This document shows, piece after piece, positions 51,631 through 63,700 of a stretch of 64,000 nt of DNA. Positions within the stretch are counted from its first letter, which is position 1; the number at the start of each line of letters is the position of its first letter. The stretch is taken from contig MRSU01003251.1 in the NCBI GenBank assembly GCA_008369845.1, positions 1 through 64,000 of the forward strand, given 5' to 3'. The notes beneath the pieces were generated by a model, which was not told the origin of the DNA, ran no database searches, and worked only from the letters and a program-made list of their open reading frames with translations. Origin of the DNA: Trichomonas gallinae (taxonomy: Eukaryota). The position numbers were made by a program, and so were the translations under genes.

Positions 51631-52893
51631 TTATTTGTTTCCTTTTGGAATAGGATACTTCTTTGGTGTAAATGTTTCGTCTCCGGCACCGCGTGGAGAT
51701 AACCTCATTGATGTTGGTGAGCGTGCCGAATAATCAGCTGATGGAGGAGACGTTTTCAGTGGTGAAATGCTAAGTGGCACAGGAACTGGCCTTGGCGTCT
51801 TGGAATCTCTTACGAGTGGTGATGAGTTGAAGTTTGGTGATGATTCAGTCCTGGAAGATCCAAGCTTTTGTGGTGTCTGGCGCATTGCGAGAATTGGAGA
51901 GCCGGCTGTGAATGAATTCTTTCTTGGGCGAACTTCTTGAGAAAGCTGCTCGAAAACGGCCTCATTGCGCTTGAGAATTGGAATTGGTGGAAAATTGAAG
52001 CATTTGATGTGCTTGTTGACAACCTTGATAATTCCAGATTTGTTTGGTGTGTTCTTTGAGTAGTTGCTTGAGCTGAAAACGGTGTAAAGGTGGTCGTTTT
52101 CGAATTTCTCAACACCGTTCGTAACGCATTGATGTCCTCTGATCATAACTTGAAGTTTATTGTAGGAGAGGAAATTCTTGAGCGCTTGGATGCCAAAAAC
52201 GCAGCCCATTTTACGTGTTGATGGGCCAAAGTTAGAAACTGTTGTTGTTGGGTCGCTCCAGACGATGTTCGTGACGAGTTGTTCATATGCTGTAGATTTG
52301 TATGTAATAACTGGCTTAGGGATGCACATGAGCTGGCATGTATCGAGAAGTGTTGGACTTAAGCCTCCATGAACGACAAAAATTTGTTTGTTCAAGATGG
52401 CCGCAAATGGCAAAAGAGCAAAACACTTATTGCAAGCATCGTATACATCAAGTCCATATTCCTTGAGGCACTCTTCACGAAAACCATAAATTCCGTTCAT
52501 TTCTTCGAATTCATGGTTTCCTCTGAGTAAAAATATGGTTTGCGGGTACTCATGCTTTAGGGCGAAGAGGAGCGTAACGACTTCGATAGAGAAATTGCCT
52601 CTGTCGACGTAGTCACCGACGAATAGATATTTTGTTTTTCCTGGTGAGCCTGCTAAGCTGAAAATTCTAAGTAAATCACGAATATTTCCATGCAAATCGC
52701 CAACAATGACGAAATCGCCTGTAAGATTCAAAAGAGAAGTGTCATTTGATAGATCAGTGCGAGTTACTTTGCACAAATTCATGATCTCAGTGGACGAAAA
52801 CTTCGGGATTGGCATCGCTGGGGTGCCCACCTGGCTGGCGTCGAGATCTTTAATATCATAATACTTTCTGTAAGCTTCTATGTACTTCGACAT
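51631..52893 (-). CDS. PPP-family Ser/Thr protein phosphatase (PP1-like, with Ser/Pro-rich tail)
   Basis: GDLHG, GDYVDRG, LRGNHE, HGGLSP, WSDP, IRGHQ, TVFSSSNY. Confidence 0.95.
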   Translation of the reverse strand: MSKYIEAYRKYYDIKDLDASQVGTPAMPIPKFSSTEIMNLCKVTRTDLSNDTSLLNLTGDFVIVGDLHGNIRDLLRIFSLAGSPGKTKYLFVGDYVDRGNFSIEVVTLLFALKHEYPQTIFLLRGNHEFEEMNGIYGFREECLKEYGLDVYDACNKCFALLPFAAILNKQIFVVHGGLSPTLLDTCQLMCIPKPVITYKSTAYEQLVTNIVWSDPTTTVSNFGPSTRKMGCVFGIQALKNFLSYNKLQVMIRGHQCVTNGVEKFENDHLYTVFSSSNYSKNTPNKSGIIKVVNKHIKCFNFPPIPILKRNEAVFEQLSQEVRPRKNSFTAGSPILAMRQTPQKLGSSRTESSPNFNSSPLVRDSKTPRPVPVPLSISPLKTSPPSADYSARSPTSMRLSPRGAGDETFTPKKYPIPKGNK

Positions 52894-53277
52894 AATAAAT
52901 TTTTTATAAGATTTTTGTGAGGTCGTTATTTATTACACTTCATCATTCACGCCAATACATAACAAAAACGAAAAAAATATTGATTGATGTAAAGAATTAA
53001 TTCTTATTTATAAAATTCCATTGAGACTGACAATATGTTTATTAGCAAAAAGTGAAATCTGCCCAAAACACTATATAAAAACAGAGAGACCATGCAGTGG
53101 CATTTTTACAACATTCTTTTTTCTGAATTTATTATCCCGGGATTATTTAGAATCAGATAATGAATAACACATTTAGCAGAAGATATATGTTGAATATGAG
53201 GCCTAAATAATATCTGTTAAGGAAAACCTTCAATAATTCTAAAATTAGGCATAGGATCTGGACATTAATCTCTTGAT

Positions 53278-53600
53278 TTGAGATGCATTCTTCTATATTC
53301 AGATTATATACATTCATAAAAAGCTAAACACCAATAAAAATCAGATTTTCCAAATTTATTGCGCAATGATGGGCGATTTATGAAAAAAATAACAAAAGAT
53401 TTGAGATATGCTTCTCTTTTTTATTTAGCTCTCAATTTATAAAAAGCTAAACACCAATAAAATTTAATTTTCTTAATTTTTTACATTAATGAATGACATA
53501 TTAACAAAAAATCAAATGCTTTGAAACATGCTCCTCTTTTCTAGGCTTTTCGCAATTTATGATGAGCCAAATAACTTCAATAATTTATTTTTGCAATAAT
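53278..53600. repeat. Degenerate tandem repeat, ~120-123 bp period, ~3 units
   Basis: ataaaaagctaaacaccaataaaa identical at 53316 and 53439; ttgagatatgcttctctttt..ctcaatttat (53401) aligns with ttgaaacatgctcctctttt..cgcaatttat (53521). Confidence 0.8.
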
Positions 53601-53852
53601 TCTATTATAACTAATGAATCATTAATAAAGTTGTTATCAGTATGTATAAAATATCTTAGATGTAGCTTACCATGAGTTAAATAACTATATTAATTAATTT
53701 TTCAAAAAATCTATTTTGGTGAATTGTATAATAAGGAAAATAATTATCAATGAGCCAAATATATATTTGTGAAAGCTTGCTATGAGCTAAATATTGGTTT
53801 GAATTAAAATGAAATAATTTATTATATAAAAATTCAATATTATTGACAAAAA

Positions 53853-54980
53853 TTACTCAGCCTTACCGATTTGTCTCTTGCCTTCTAAGGATGAGAGTGT
53901 TCTGAAGAATAATTGATCTATAAGAGAAACACAAGTGAAGCATCCACCAACAATAGCACAAATTGATGTGATAAGCTTCCATGGAGTAGAAATAATTTCA
54001 TATTGAACCAAAGAAATTGGTGCAATATTGTAATTCAGGAAGATTCCTGGAACATTACGCGACGTCTTTTCTGTAAGGTTCTTCTGTGTGATCATTGGGT
54101 GGAATTTATATGTTGAAACTGGGAATCCTCTCTTTGAGAACCATCTTGTTGGAACTACTTCAAGATCGTAATTATAAACCATGAGACCCTTCTTTTCTTG
54201 AAGCACTGTGAGTCCATCAAGTGGGCCGAGCTCCTGGTTAACACGTGGTCCAAATTCGAGATAATGAATAGTATGTGAAAGATTGTATTTAGAAGACAGG
54301 CGGGAAATATCTACTGGACGCTTATCTCCAATCCTGAACTCCCCAAGAGCGAAATAAAGGAAACCAGATATATGAGGAACTCCGATTTCACCGTAAATGT
54401 TGCAGCTTTCTTTGCCGAGATTAGCGTAGCCCTCATCAACGCACTGTTGCCAACGATCAATTCCATCAATACCCCAGCCTTTTTGCTTGAAAGCATTAAT
54501 CACATCTTCGCAGTTGTTGCAGCATTTATCTCTTGGCAATGCTCCATAGCATGAGCCACAGTATGATTCTGGCTTTGCATCTTTCTTTTGTTTCTTCTTT
54601 TCAGATCTCTTAAGCGAAATAAAGTTCTTGCTATCGATTGCGAATCCATTTTCATCAACACGCTGCTGTTTTATATCGTGCATTTGTGTTTCAAGGGCAT
54701 TTCCTTCTGAATCGTAAGCTGAAACAAATAATTTACCGCATGGAACTTGAATTGAGATGTTAAAGTTGATTGACATTAATCTCTGAAGACTTACACGTGA
54801 AGAATCAACTGCAATATCCTCATAAACGCGTGGGAATATAAATCTGTATAATTCGTGAAGGAATAAAACGGCCATGAATGCCATTGCCACTAACGAGAGG
54901 ATGGCACCACTGTTAGTTTTAACCTTGACATCTGGATCTGTGTATTTTGGAAAGATATCAAACTTCTTTAATACATTCAT
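53853..54980 (-). CDS. Erv46/ERGIC3-like ER-Golgi cargo receptor
   Basis: LKKFDIFPK..KVKTNSGA, YCGSCYGA..CCNNCEDV..KGW..QC, NLSHTIHYLEFG, PGIFLNY..P, CAIVGG, C-terminal IGKAE. ATG at 54980. Confidence 0.93.
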   Translation of the reverse strand: MNVLKKFDIFPKYTDPDVKVKTNSGAILSLVAMAFMAVLFLHELYRFIFPRVYEDIAVDSSRVSLQRLMSINFNISIQVPCGKLFVSAYDSEGNALETQMHDIKQQRVDENGFAIDSKNFISLKRSEKKKQKKDAKPESYCGSCYGALPRDKCCNNCEDVINAFKQKGWGIDGIDRWQQCVDEGYANLGKESCNIYGEIGVPHISGFLYFALGEFRIGDKRPVDISRLSSKYNLSHTIHYLEFGPRVNQELGPLDGLTVLQEKKGLMVYNYDLEVVPTRWFSKRGFPVSTYKFHPMITQKNLTEKTSRNVPGIFLNYNIAPISLVQYEIISTPWKLITSICAIVGGCFTCVSLIDQLFFRTLSSLEGKRQIGKAE

Positions 54981-55559
54981 TATTTTTTTGACAAATGTCA
55001 AAAATCTTCTTAACATTCTAACGATTCAACCAAACATAGAAATTCATCTATTGCCCCTTCTTGGACAAATTTAACACATACTCATTCAGAAAATGCTTCA
55101 ATGTCGTTAGCATATATTGTTTTATTTTAACATCTACATGCAATACCTACTGGGGTATAAAATATAACATAAGCTGTCTAATAATATTATAGTTATGTAG
55201 TAATTTTTAGTATAAAATCAAATTAAAAGTTTTATTAAATATATTTCTTTTTTTTTGTTTGTTATTATAAGTGTTGACATATGTAATTACATATATTTTA
55301 TCCAAATATAAAATACTTCATATATTACTGAATGCTATCTTACATTGTAGATTGAAATTTGAATTGGATTTCAGATTAGATTGAGTAAATAGTCAAATTC
55401 AGAGCATATTCAAATAGTTAACGCAAATACTTATTCATTATTTTGTCAGTTTTAGCAAAATCTAATAAGTTTGAAGGAAAGTAATGAATAATCTAATTAA
55501 ACAGGTTTTCTTGCATAGATGGGTTTATATTATCACCTATAATAAATTCCATTAATGCA

Positions 55560-55860
55560 AGAGCTCCATATTCATTATCAGATATCAAAGATAATATCAT
55601 TGACCAAAAATGATAACCTTTGCCATCTTCAAATGATCTTGTGGACTATGAATGTTTCCATGGAATATCAAAACATTTGATTTTATGAGATATTATTTTT
55701 TTGAATGTTGTGGATTCAAGGAATTTGCTACGCAAAAAACAGATTAGATGTATAGAAAGAATGCATTTCAAGAAGTGTCTCCTCTCATTAGTTTGACCGT
55801 AAAATAGCAGCATAACCTACAGAAATTCAACATTCAAAAAAAGAACTTCTGATTTTCAAC
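55560..55860 (+). pseudogene. Highly decayed BspA/LRR-like remnant
   Basis: Fragments LVDYECFHGIS, FFECCGFKEF and KNAFQEVSPLISLT resemble TpLRR units amid stops. Confidence 0.35.
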
Positions 55861-56307
55861 GAAAAACAAATTTAATTTAGTAAAAATTATCAATTAGATA
55901 AGCATAGGATATTCGATGAAAAAATATTTTCTTCGCAGAACAGAAAATTTCAACGCATAACAATTATCAATTAAATAACTATTAGCTTCATATTAAAGAA
56001 ATGATTATGACAAAATATTTTCAACGACAATCAAACTGCGAAAATTATTTCTCAGAAAAGTTATGAATTTACAATTACTCTCAAATATTTGTTAAAGTAT
56101 TCAAATAATTTCAATGCAAAATTTTTGCTAATTTAAAATAACTTTAAATTTATGTTATTTAGATGTATTCCCATTAATTCGATTCAAAAATATTTTTGTT
56201 TTTTTATTCGATATTCCTGTTTAGATAACTGATATCAAGCATATGAGGATAAATATTTTCACATTGAATCTATTTACAACAATTGAAAAGTAAAATTATT
56301 TTTCTAA

Positions 56308-57015
56308 ATGGATAAAATCCCTTTCCTTGATTTCTTAGTTGAAGCTGATAGGAAGCGTTACCTTGAACTCCGCAGCACATTTTGCTCTGATAAGATGAGA
56401 TATCAGCGTTTCAAGAGGATGGATACTTTTGATTTGATTTTAGAAGAACTCAGAAAGTTTTGCATTAAAAATGATGAAGACGATTGGAAGAGATGCCTCG
56501 TTTGCGGCGTTTGCTGGCTTAATGGATACACAGGAATCAACGTTAAGCAATTAAGAATTCTCACTGACAAGTCAAAATCAAATATCAATGGTGTCCTCGC
56601 AAAATTAGGCTATGTTATAGTTCAAAACACGCAGCACAAAAAGGATCTTATCGAAGCGATACCATTTTTAAGAGGAAATTACTTGGAACAACGCTTTTGG
56701 ACCATTAGATTGAACCCATTGAACTCTAACTATAATAATATAAACTCAGACTCTCAGTCAAGCCCAGAATATCCTTCAAGTCCGATTAATATTTCGCAGA
56801 CTCCTCAGCCGACTCTGAAGAATGAGCTGATCGATATACCTAATGGAAACGAGATTACGAATATATTTTCTGTCGTAGATCTCAAAATTAAGAATGGAGC
56901 AGTTTGTGGAATGGATCCAACAGAAATCGATTTCTTTGCTGATCCAATCTGCTGCTGTCCAGCTGGATGGATCATTCCTTCAGTTGATACAAGGGAATTA
57001 TTGTCTTTCGGATAA
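56308..57015 (+). CDS. Initiator-binding domain (IBD, IBP39-like) transcription factor
   Basis: DDWKRCLVCGVCWL..GINVKQLRILTDKSKSNINGVLAKLGY...WTIR, the trichomonad IBD family signature. Confidence 0.9.
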   Translation: MDKIPFLDFLVEADRKRYLELRSTFCSDKMRYQRFKRMDTFDLILEELRKFCIKNDEDDWKRCLVCGVCWLNGYTGINVKQLRILTDKSKSNINGVLAKLGYVIVQNTQHKKDLIEAIPFLRGNYLEQRFWTIRLNPLNSNYNNINSDSQSSPEYPSSPINISQTPQPTLKNELIDIPNGNEITNIFSVVDLKIKNGAVCGMDPTEIDFFADPICCCPAGWIIPSVDTRELLSFG

Positions 57016-57253
57016 TATGTTATTCTATAATATTGTTTTTACTATTTTTATTGCTGTATATCTGTATAATTTGAACTAAAATACCATTTTTCTTTGTCTA
57101 GTTAAATAGTTAGTAACTTTATATTCACAAAGAAAATAAATAATAAATTTATTGCTTTCTTGTTACTTGGTAATAAGGTAATAGCTAGTGAATTGAATGG
57201 CATGATTAAAAACCATAAATTGATTATTGGTATTTATCAAATTTTATCTGATA

Positions 57254-57670
57254 CTATAATAATATGTATAAACAAGATATAGGACAGGAAAATGATAAAA
57301 ATGGATGAATATAAGTTTGTTATATGTTAAAAACAAAGTGTTGACATATGATTTTATATTTTTTTTTTTTTCATTCTATTATAATAGGAAAAAGTCAAAC
57401 ACAAAGCAAGATAATGATGAAAAATGGAGGATGGATACTTGTTATATGTTAGAAAAGATAAGTTAATTAATTTTTTATATTTAATGCTATTATAATAGGA
57501 GAAAACCAGATAGTATGCAAGATAATGATGAAAAATGGAAGGTTGTAGACATTTTTATGTTAGAAGCAAGACATTGATTTTTGAATTGATATTTTTGTAT
57601 CTGGTTCTATTATAATAGGAAAAAACTATATAGATGGCAGACAAATGACGAAGAATGATATTTAATAGAT
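57254..57670. repeat. Degenerate tandem array, ~111-122 bp period, 4 units, each with a CTATTATAATAG palindrome
   Basis: ctattataatagga at 57376, 57487 and 57607, degenerate at 57254; gcaagataatgatgaaaaatgga shared by units 2 and 3. Confidence 0.88.
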
Positions 57671-57762
57671 TGCTATTAGTCCCAAAATAGATATAAATAG
57701 TGAAAAAGAAAGATTAACAATTTGAGGGAGTTCATAGAATAGATTGAGGAAGTCATTTTAGT

Positions 57763-60700
57763 ATGGAGTCATTGACTAAAATCTTCACTAAAAATGACCA
57801 TACTATGATCAAGCAGTTATCTCAGTCCCTCAAGTCTAAACATATCGAATTTATGTTTAAGAATATCAAAGAAGTAGAAGAGATAATACAAAACTACTTA
57901 AATCTGTTGCTGAAAAAGCCAGGAAACCTAAAAGATAAAGACTGGGAACTAGCATGTTACCTGTCTTTCGTGTTTGTTATAATTTTTGAAGTAGATCCAG
58001 CGAAAATTCCAAACATTTCTCTATTTCAACAGTCAGGACGATTATTTTCGGCTTCTCTTAATCTGAAAGTGAAACAGACACTGCTAAACGAAGGATCGCC
58101 TCATATAATGTCGTATTTAGAAGAATATTACAAACAAGCAAAATCCGGATTTAATATAACAACGTTTTATTCAACAACACCATGCTTCTACTTGTTGCCC
58201 GTATCAAACTACATATCTATGGATATGGGAACAGACAAAAGCACGCATAGAATTGAAGAATTTTTCAAGATTATTTCTCAAATATCGAGAACAAAGAATT
58301 CAATTCATTATTCGAACTTACTATTCATCGCTGAAACCATTTCAAACATCCTTAAGTCAAAAATTCCTTTACCAGTCGAATATATTCAAGTTTTTAACGC
58401 TATTTTTCAAGAAATGATTAAATGCCCATCGACAGGCTTAGTATTATTCTTTTCTAATTGGCTTAATTTCATCAAACAGATAAATAACCAATACCAAATG
58501 CAAAACAATCAACGATTACTCTACACAAACACAATTTTCCCACAATCCGAGCTTGTTTCTCAGCTCTTCAGCCTGGCATCGCGTTACAAATACAATGAAA
58601 TGATTACTTCCTTTTCTTGGAATTATATTTATTATTATGCGGATTTGGTCTTCTCTGAGGACCAGTTTCCTCAACAGCTGAGGATAATAAACATGATTTC
58701 GAGCATTCAAAAGCGAGTAAGCAGAACTGAAATTTTTCCTTATATTAATGACTCAATAACGAGATTTTCGGGAACTTTGACCGAGACATACAAAAAGAAA
58801 GGTCCAAGCTGCCATATTTTTACACTTATAACCGCTTTGGAGCAGTCTATTGAGTCATTAGTTGCAGAATTAAATGAATTACAGCCAATTTACTTGCAAT
58901 CACCGAATAAGCCAAATCCAGACGAAAAAGTTTACTTCATTGATCAAATTTGCTCATCAAACAATTATACACAATATGATAAAGAATTATACACAATTGT
59001 TCACTACAAAGTCTTTAATTCTGCGGAATTAGCAGATGCTTATCATAAGAAACAGCTTGCGAAGGTCGATGAAATCAAATCTAAATTAAATTCGATTGCT
59101 TTTTATTATTTCCAGTTAAAACCAAAATTGATCAATTTGTATATAGCAGAATCAAAATTAGACTCGAATTCACAACAAGGATACTTATTCAATTACATTA
59201 TTAGCTTCATATTTACATGGGTGAAATTTATGATCCTTGCTTGTTACAAATTAATGTGTCTGTCGCTTTACAAACCATCAAGCAACGAAAATTTCTTACC
59301 ATCGAGGCCAGAAAGACATCACCAATATGATTTAACAAATACTTTCCAAAAAATCATTCTTTCATTCCAAGAATTACCGAGTTCATCATATAAAATGATA
59401 GCTTCTGTAATTGTTGCACTCATTGTCCACTTTTCCAATGATAGAATGATAACATTGCCATTTATCAATATTTTGGACAAATTATCACGAGAACGTAACC
59501 AAAATGATCCACCGGACTCATATACAATCATAGCATATGTCGTAGCAATGATGATGAGCTTAACTTACGAAAAAGTTCACACATTTAATTCTAGATCTTT
59601 CTTGAAATCACATTTATTCTATCTCTGGTCATTATTAACGTTTAGGATTGGCACACCAAAAGAAACGGGAGCTTCAAACACTTTCTTTGGCTCTCTGACA
59701 TTGTTTTACTTCAAAGTCATTGTAACAGCGATTTTTTCGAACACGAAATGGATGACGAACCAATCAACAGCTCTAAAAACAGCCCAAGACTTCATAGACG
59801 CTGAAATGAATCTGCATCCAGAATTACCGCAGAGAAAAGGACGAAATTCACGAATGCATTCACGCATCATTTCTTTCGACGATATAAGAGATTCAGCTAA
59901 AGAACAAGCAGCTTGCGCGTTCTTGGATTACTTCAGCCAAGAAGCTGATGCTGAGGCCATTGACATTTTCATGCCAGCTTTCGAAACAGCCTTGAAATCA
60001 AACAATCCGCAAACAGTTATAAAAGCTGCCAAAATCTGTCACAAGTTTATCGTCGGAGATCTTCCTAATACATGGGTTGAAGAATCCAATGATGCACGCA
60101 AAGAGTTCTTCTATTCATACTTCAAGTCTTTGTCTGTTTTAGACTCAGAGACAGCAAAAGAAGTCATTGAAGACGCAACGATTTTGACGCCGATGTTTTT
60201 GCAGCCTCAGTTTTCTCCTGGTTTCATTTTGATGGTCAAAATACCAGATTTACTGTTCAATTTATCTGTTATCATGCAGCAGTTGTCTCTGCACGCGAAT
60301 GAAAATGATGACGACTACAGAAACATATTCGCTTTTCTGACAAATGTATTCGATTTTATTTACAACAACATTTCTATAGAAAGACAACATTTGCAGCCGA
60401 TTGTCAAATCAGCAGTTTTTCTCTTACTTCAATGCTTCGCTTTCGACTCTTTCTTCCAGACAGTCAACGGTTATGTCAATCATTTGAATTCACTTTTCGC
60501 TCCATTCTTCGCACGAGGAGATTTCGACTTATACTTTTTGTGCACGTTGAGTGTTGTCGGGGCAAACAGGTCTGATATAGCTCAGATAGCTACAGATATA
60601 TTGGTGTCTTTCTTGGACACAGTTAAACACTACGGAATAACAGAAAAAGTTGTCGACAAAACTATAGTAACAATTTTAGCATATTTCTCACCACAAACAC

Positions 60701-63700
60701 ACATGTTTTCTATTTTGACCGGTTTATCATTGCTAAACAGATTCTTCCCCGGCTGCATCATGCTTGACTATGTAAGGAGTCTTCTAGTTCAACTTACAGA
60801 CATGCCTGCATCTGAGACGCATTTCTTCAACGTTCTCGGGGAATTCCTCAAAAACTGGCTTTCAATGCAGACACTTGAGACTCACAAAGAGTTCGTTATG
60901 ATGATCTACGACATCGTTTGTCCACTGTCTACACCAGTGAGAATAGTATTGCACCAGCAAACAGAAAAATTAAATGTCAAAATTCCAATACATTCCATGG
61001 CAGAAATCGATACAGCTGATGATGTTTTATACTTGGAAAGAATTTCATTGGTTATCGGCTGCGGTGTAGAATTCGATTTTGTTTTGACACCAGGAATAAT
61101 ACAGAGAATAACAGAGATAATATGCAAGAAATCGGAGGGAATAACAATATTAGAGCACATTTCTCATAGTTTGCAATTGACTTTGTCATCAATACATCAC
61201 AGAGAGTTTATCCACGAATTTTCTCAGAACGAAGTTTTGCTTTCGCAAATATTAAATCATATATGCAATTCTCTGACATCCCATTACATGCCCGTTCTAT
61301 ATCTTGCAAAGAAATGCATCCAGGAAATCAAAAATTTGTACGGCGGAGAGTTAAGATTCTCGCAACAAATCTATGAATACTGCTGGTCACCTGAAAAGAT
61401 ATTTACACCTTTCGGCCCACAGCCAGAGAGAATTGGATTCTACAGACGACTTACTAAGCTACTACCAGACAAAGCGTCAATAACAATTGTAGATATTTTC
61501 ACGAACGCGATTGTTGAATTCGAAAACAAATCGAATGCGCAAAAACTGAAATACATGCAGAACTTCATACAATTCATCAAGATGTTCACAGTCAGGGAGC
61601 TTATGTCTATTGATATAATACACGAAAAAGTCTGCCACGCGTCATCAAATGGACAATCGAACCTTCAATTGATCATCGATGTTTTCTTGAAACTTATGAA
61701 TAATCCAGAGATTCCTTTCTACGCACTAACAAAGAAATACGTCGTGAAACTCGTGAGAAACTTCGCGGATGAGGTTGTACAATATATAATGTTCAGCCAT
61801 CATCATTTGAATGTCTCAGCAATCTACTTTTTGCTGGTTTGCATATTCAACGATTCAACTGGAATTATTCTCAAAGCGATGGAAAGATTATTGATGGGCC
61901 TTGACGACCTAAACTGCGTCAATCCTTCCATTTCCAAGATGATTATGATGCTCGTTGTCTCAGTTTGGTCAAATGAACAAAAGATTCTATTGTTGAACTC
62001 AGCAGTCAGATTGTTTAACTTTTACTTGGATTCGTGCAAAGATGAAAGAAAACCAGGAAACCACAGGTTCGCGATTTTGTCTGATATAACAACAGCCGTC
62101 GTTTATCTAATTGATCTACACTTCGACAAGCAGTTAATCTTGCGTGTAGCAGAAGCATTCGAGCAGCCAATATTAATGGATACATCAACATACCACAAAT
62201 TCATCAAAATTGTTTTCGACACGAAATCTCCTGAATTCAAAGTCGAATTATTCAACGATGTTTACAACATGAGGAATAATTTATCGAATTTCGTTGTTAC
62301 TATGATGCTTTCTCATTGTATAATGAAAACACAACACACGAAAGAAAACCTTGAAGACTTTCTCGAAAAACTGTTACTGATATCGAAAGACGAAGTTTTC
62401 AGGACTGCAGTGATAAGATCCATTTACCATATACTAAGACAATACATGCCAAGCGATGATAAACTCAAGCAGATAATTTTGGATCCACTAAAGGCTTCAA
62501 TAACATCACCAAATCCGGAACAAGTTATCTATGGAATCAGAGTTTCAACGATTTTGCAGAAGAAGAACAAACTTCCGACAGTTGTATTCAAAGGATTCGT
62601 TTTGACTCTCTTGACATACACCAAATTCTTGGAGCCACCTTACTTCAAGTTCCTGGTTAAATTAATTAAGCATGGATTGAAGAATATCGAAGATGATCCT
62701 AATGATTACATTTCTGCAATTTCTTATTATTTCGTTGACAAGAATTTGAATATTCACGATTATATAAATGTCGGAAACTTTTTAGTTCAGGTTCCTTATC
62801 TTCTTGATTTATTGCCATTTTCTTTCATCGGGTTCATGACTGACCAGCTCAGCAATAGAATACACGACAGGAAGCAGAGAGACGACTACAACGATCCAGA
62901 AAGAAAGTTCAAACAAGAAAGAGGCAAAAAATTATACTCAAAGCAAAAAGAAGACATTTTGGAAGCAAACGAAATCATCAATTTTCTTCACAAATGCATG
63001 GCAGCTGTTCAAGCTACACAAGAAGAGTTCGAACATTATGTTGAAGTTACTTTCCCATTCATTTCAATGCTCTCTCAGCAGATAATGAAGAAAGATCCTT
63101 ATGAGAGTTTTTACATGTTACTTGCAAACGCAAATTACAAACTCACGAAACCGTTTAGCTTACTTGGATCGATAATACAAGGACCGTTGACATCATTCTC
63201 TTTCGGATTCATCTGCGTATCAGTTAAATTCGTCAAAGATGAAGAAATGGAAGCAATGAATGAATTTGTTGAACGGGTTTTGAGATATTTAGTTGACGAA
63301 AAGAATCATGTCAATGGAAAGCTTTTCGCTATCTTATGCGCGAGAGTTTTCACTAAGAATGACATCAGCCAGCAGTTGTATAACTCGGCTGTTGCAACAT
63401 TAGATGAATTGATCAATAAGATGAAGAACGACAAAAGATTTATTGACATCGTTGGCGAACGCGCGATGATTTTGATTAACAGTTTGCTGAAGTTTAATTA
63501 TGACGAAGAAATAGAAAGAAGGTTGATGGAGTTCTTCGAATTCATCGGAATAATAGCAGAGATCAAACCATTTAACAATGTTGGAGTGATGCTGGTGAGA
63601 AACATGCTGAAGTGCATCGAAAATATTTTCTTCGGTGAACAAAACAAATTGATTACTTTGTTGCTCGATAAAATCGTTATTTATCAGGATGCTATAAGAA

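Noticed and set aside
53070..53125. TATA-like box followed by ACAGAGA and T-runs, suggesting U6 snRNA
   Set aside because: The sequence after ACAGAGA lacks the U6 AGAUUAGCAUGG/ISL region.
57254..57670. CRISPR array or box C/D snoRNA cluster (ATGATGA in two units)
   Set aside because: Eukaryotic context, no cas genes, homologous 'spacers', no consistent CTGA D box, and no recognisable rRNA-antisense element.
58516..63642. Short minus-strand ORFs in the last 6 kb
   Set aside because: Antisense to the giant plus-strand ORF.
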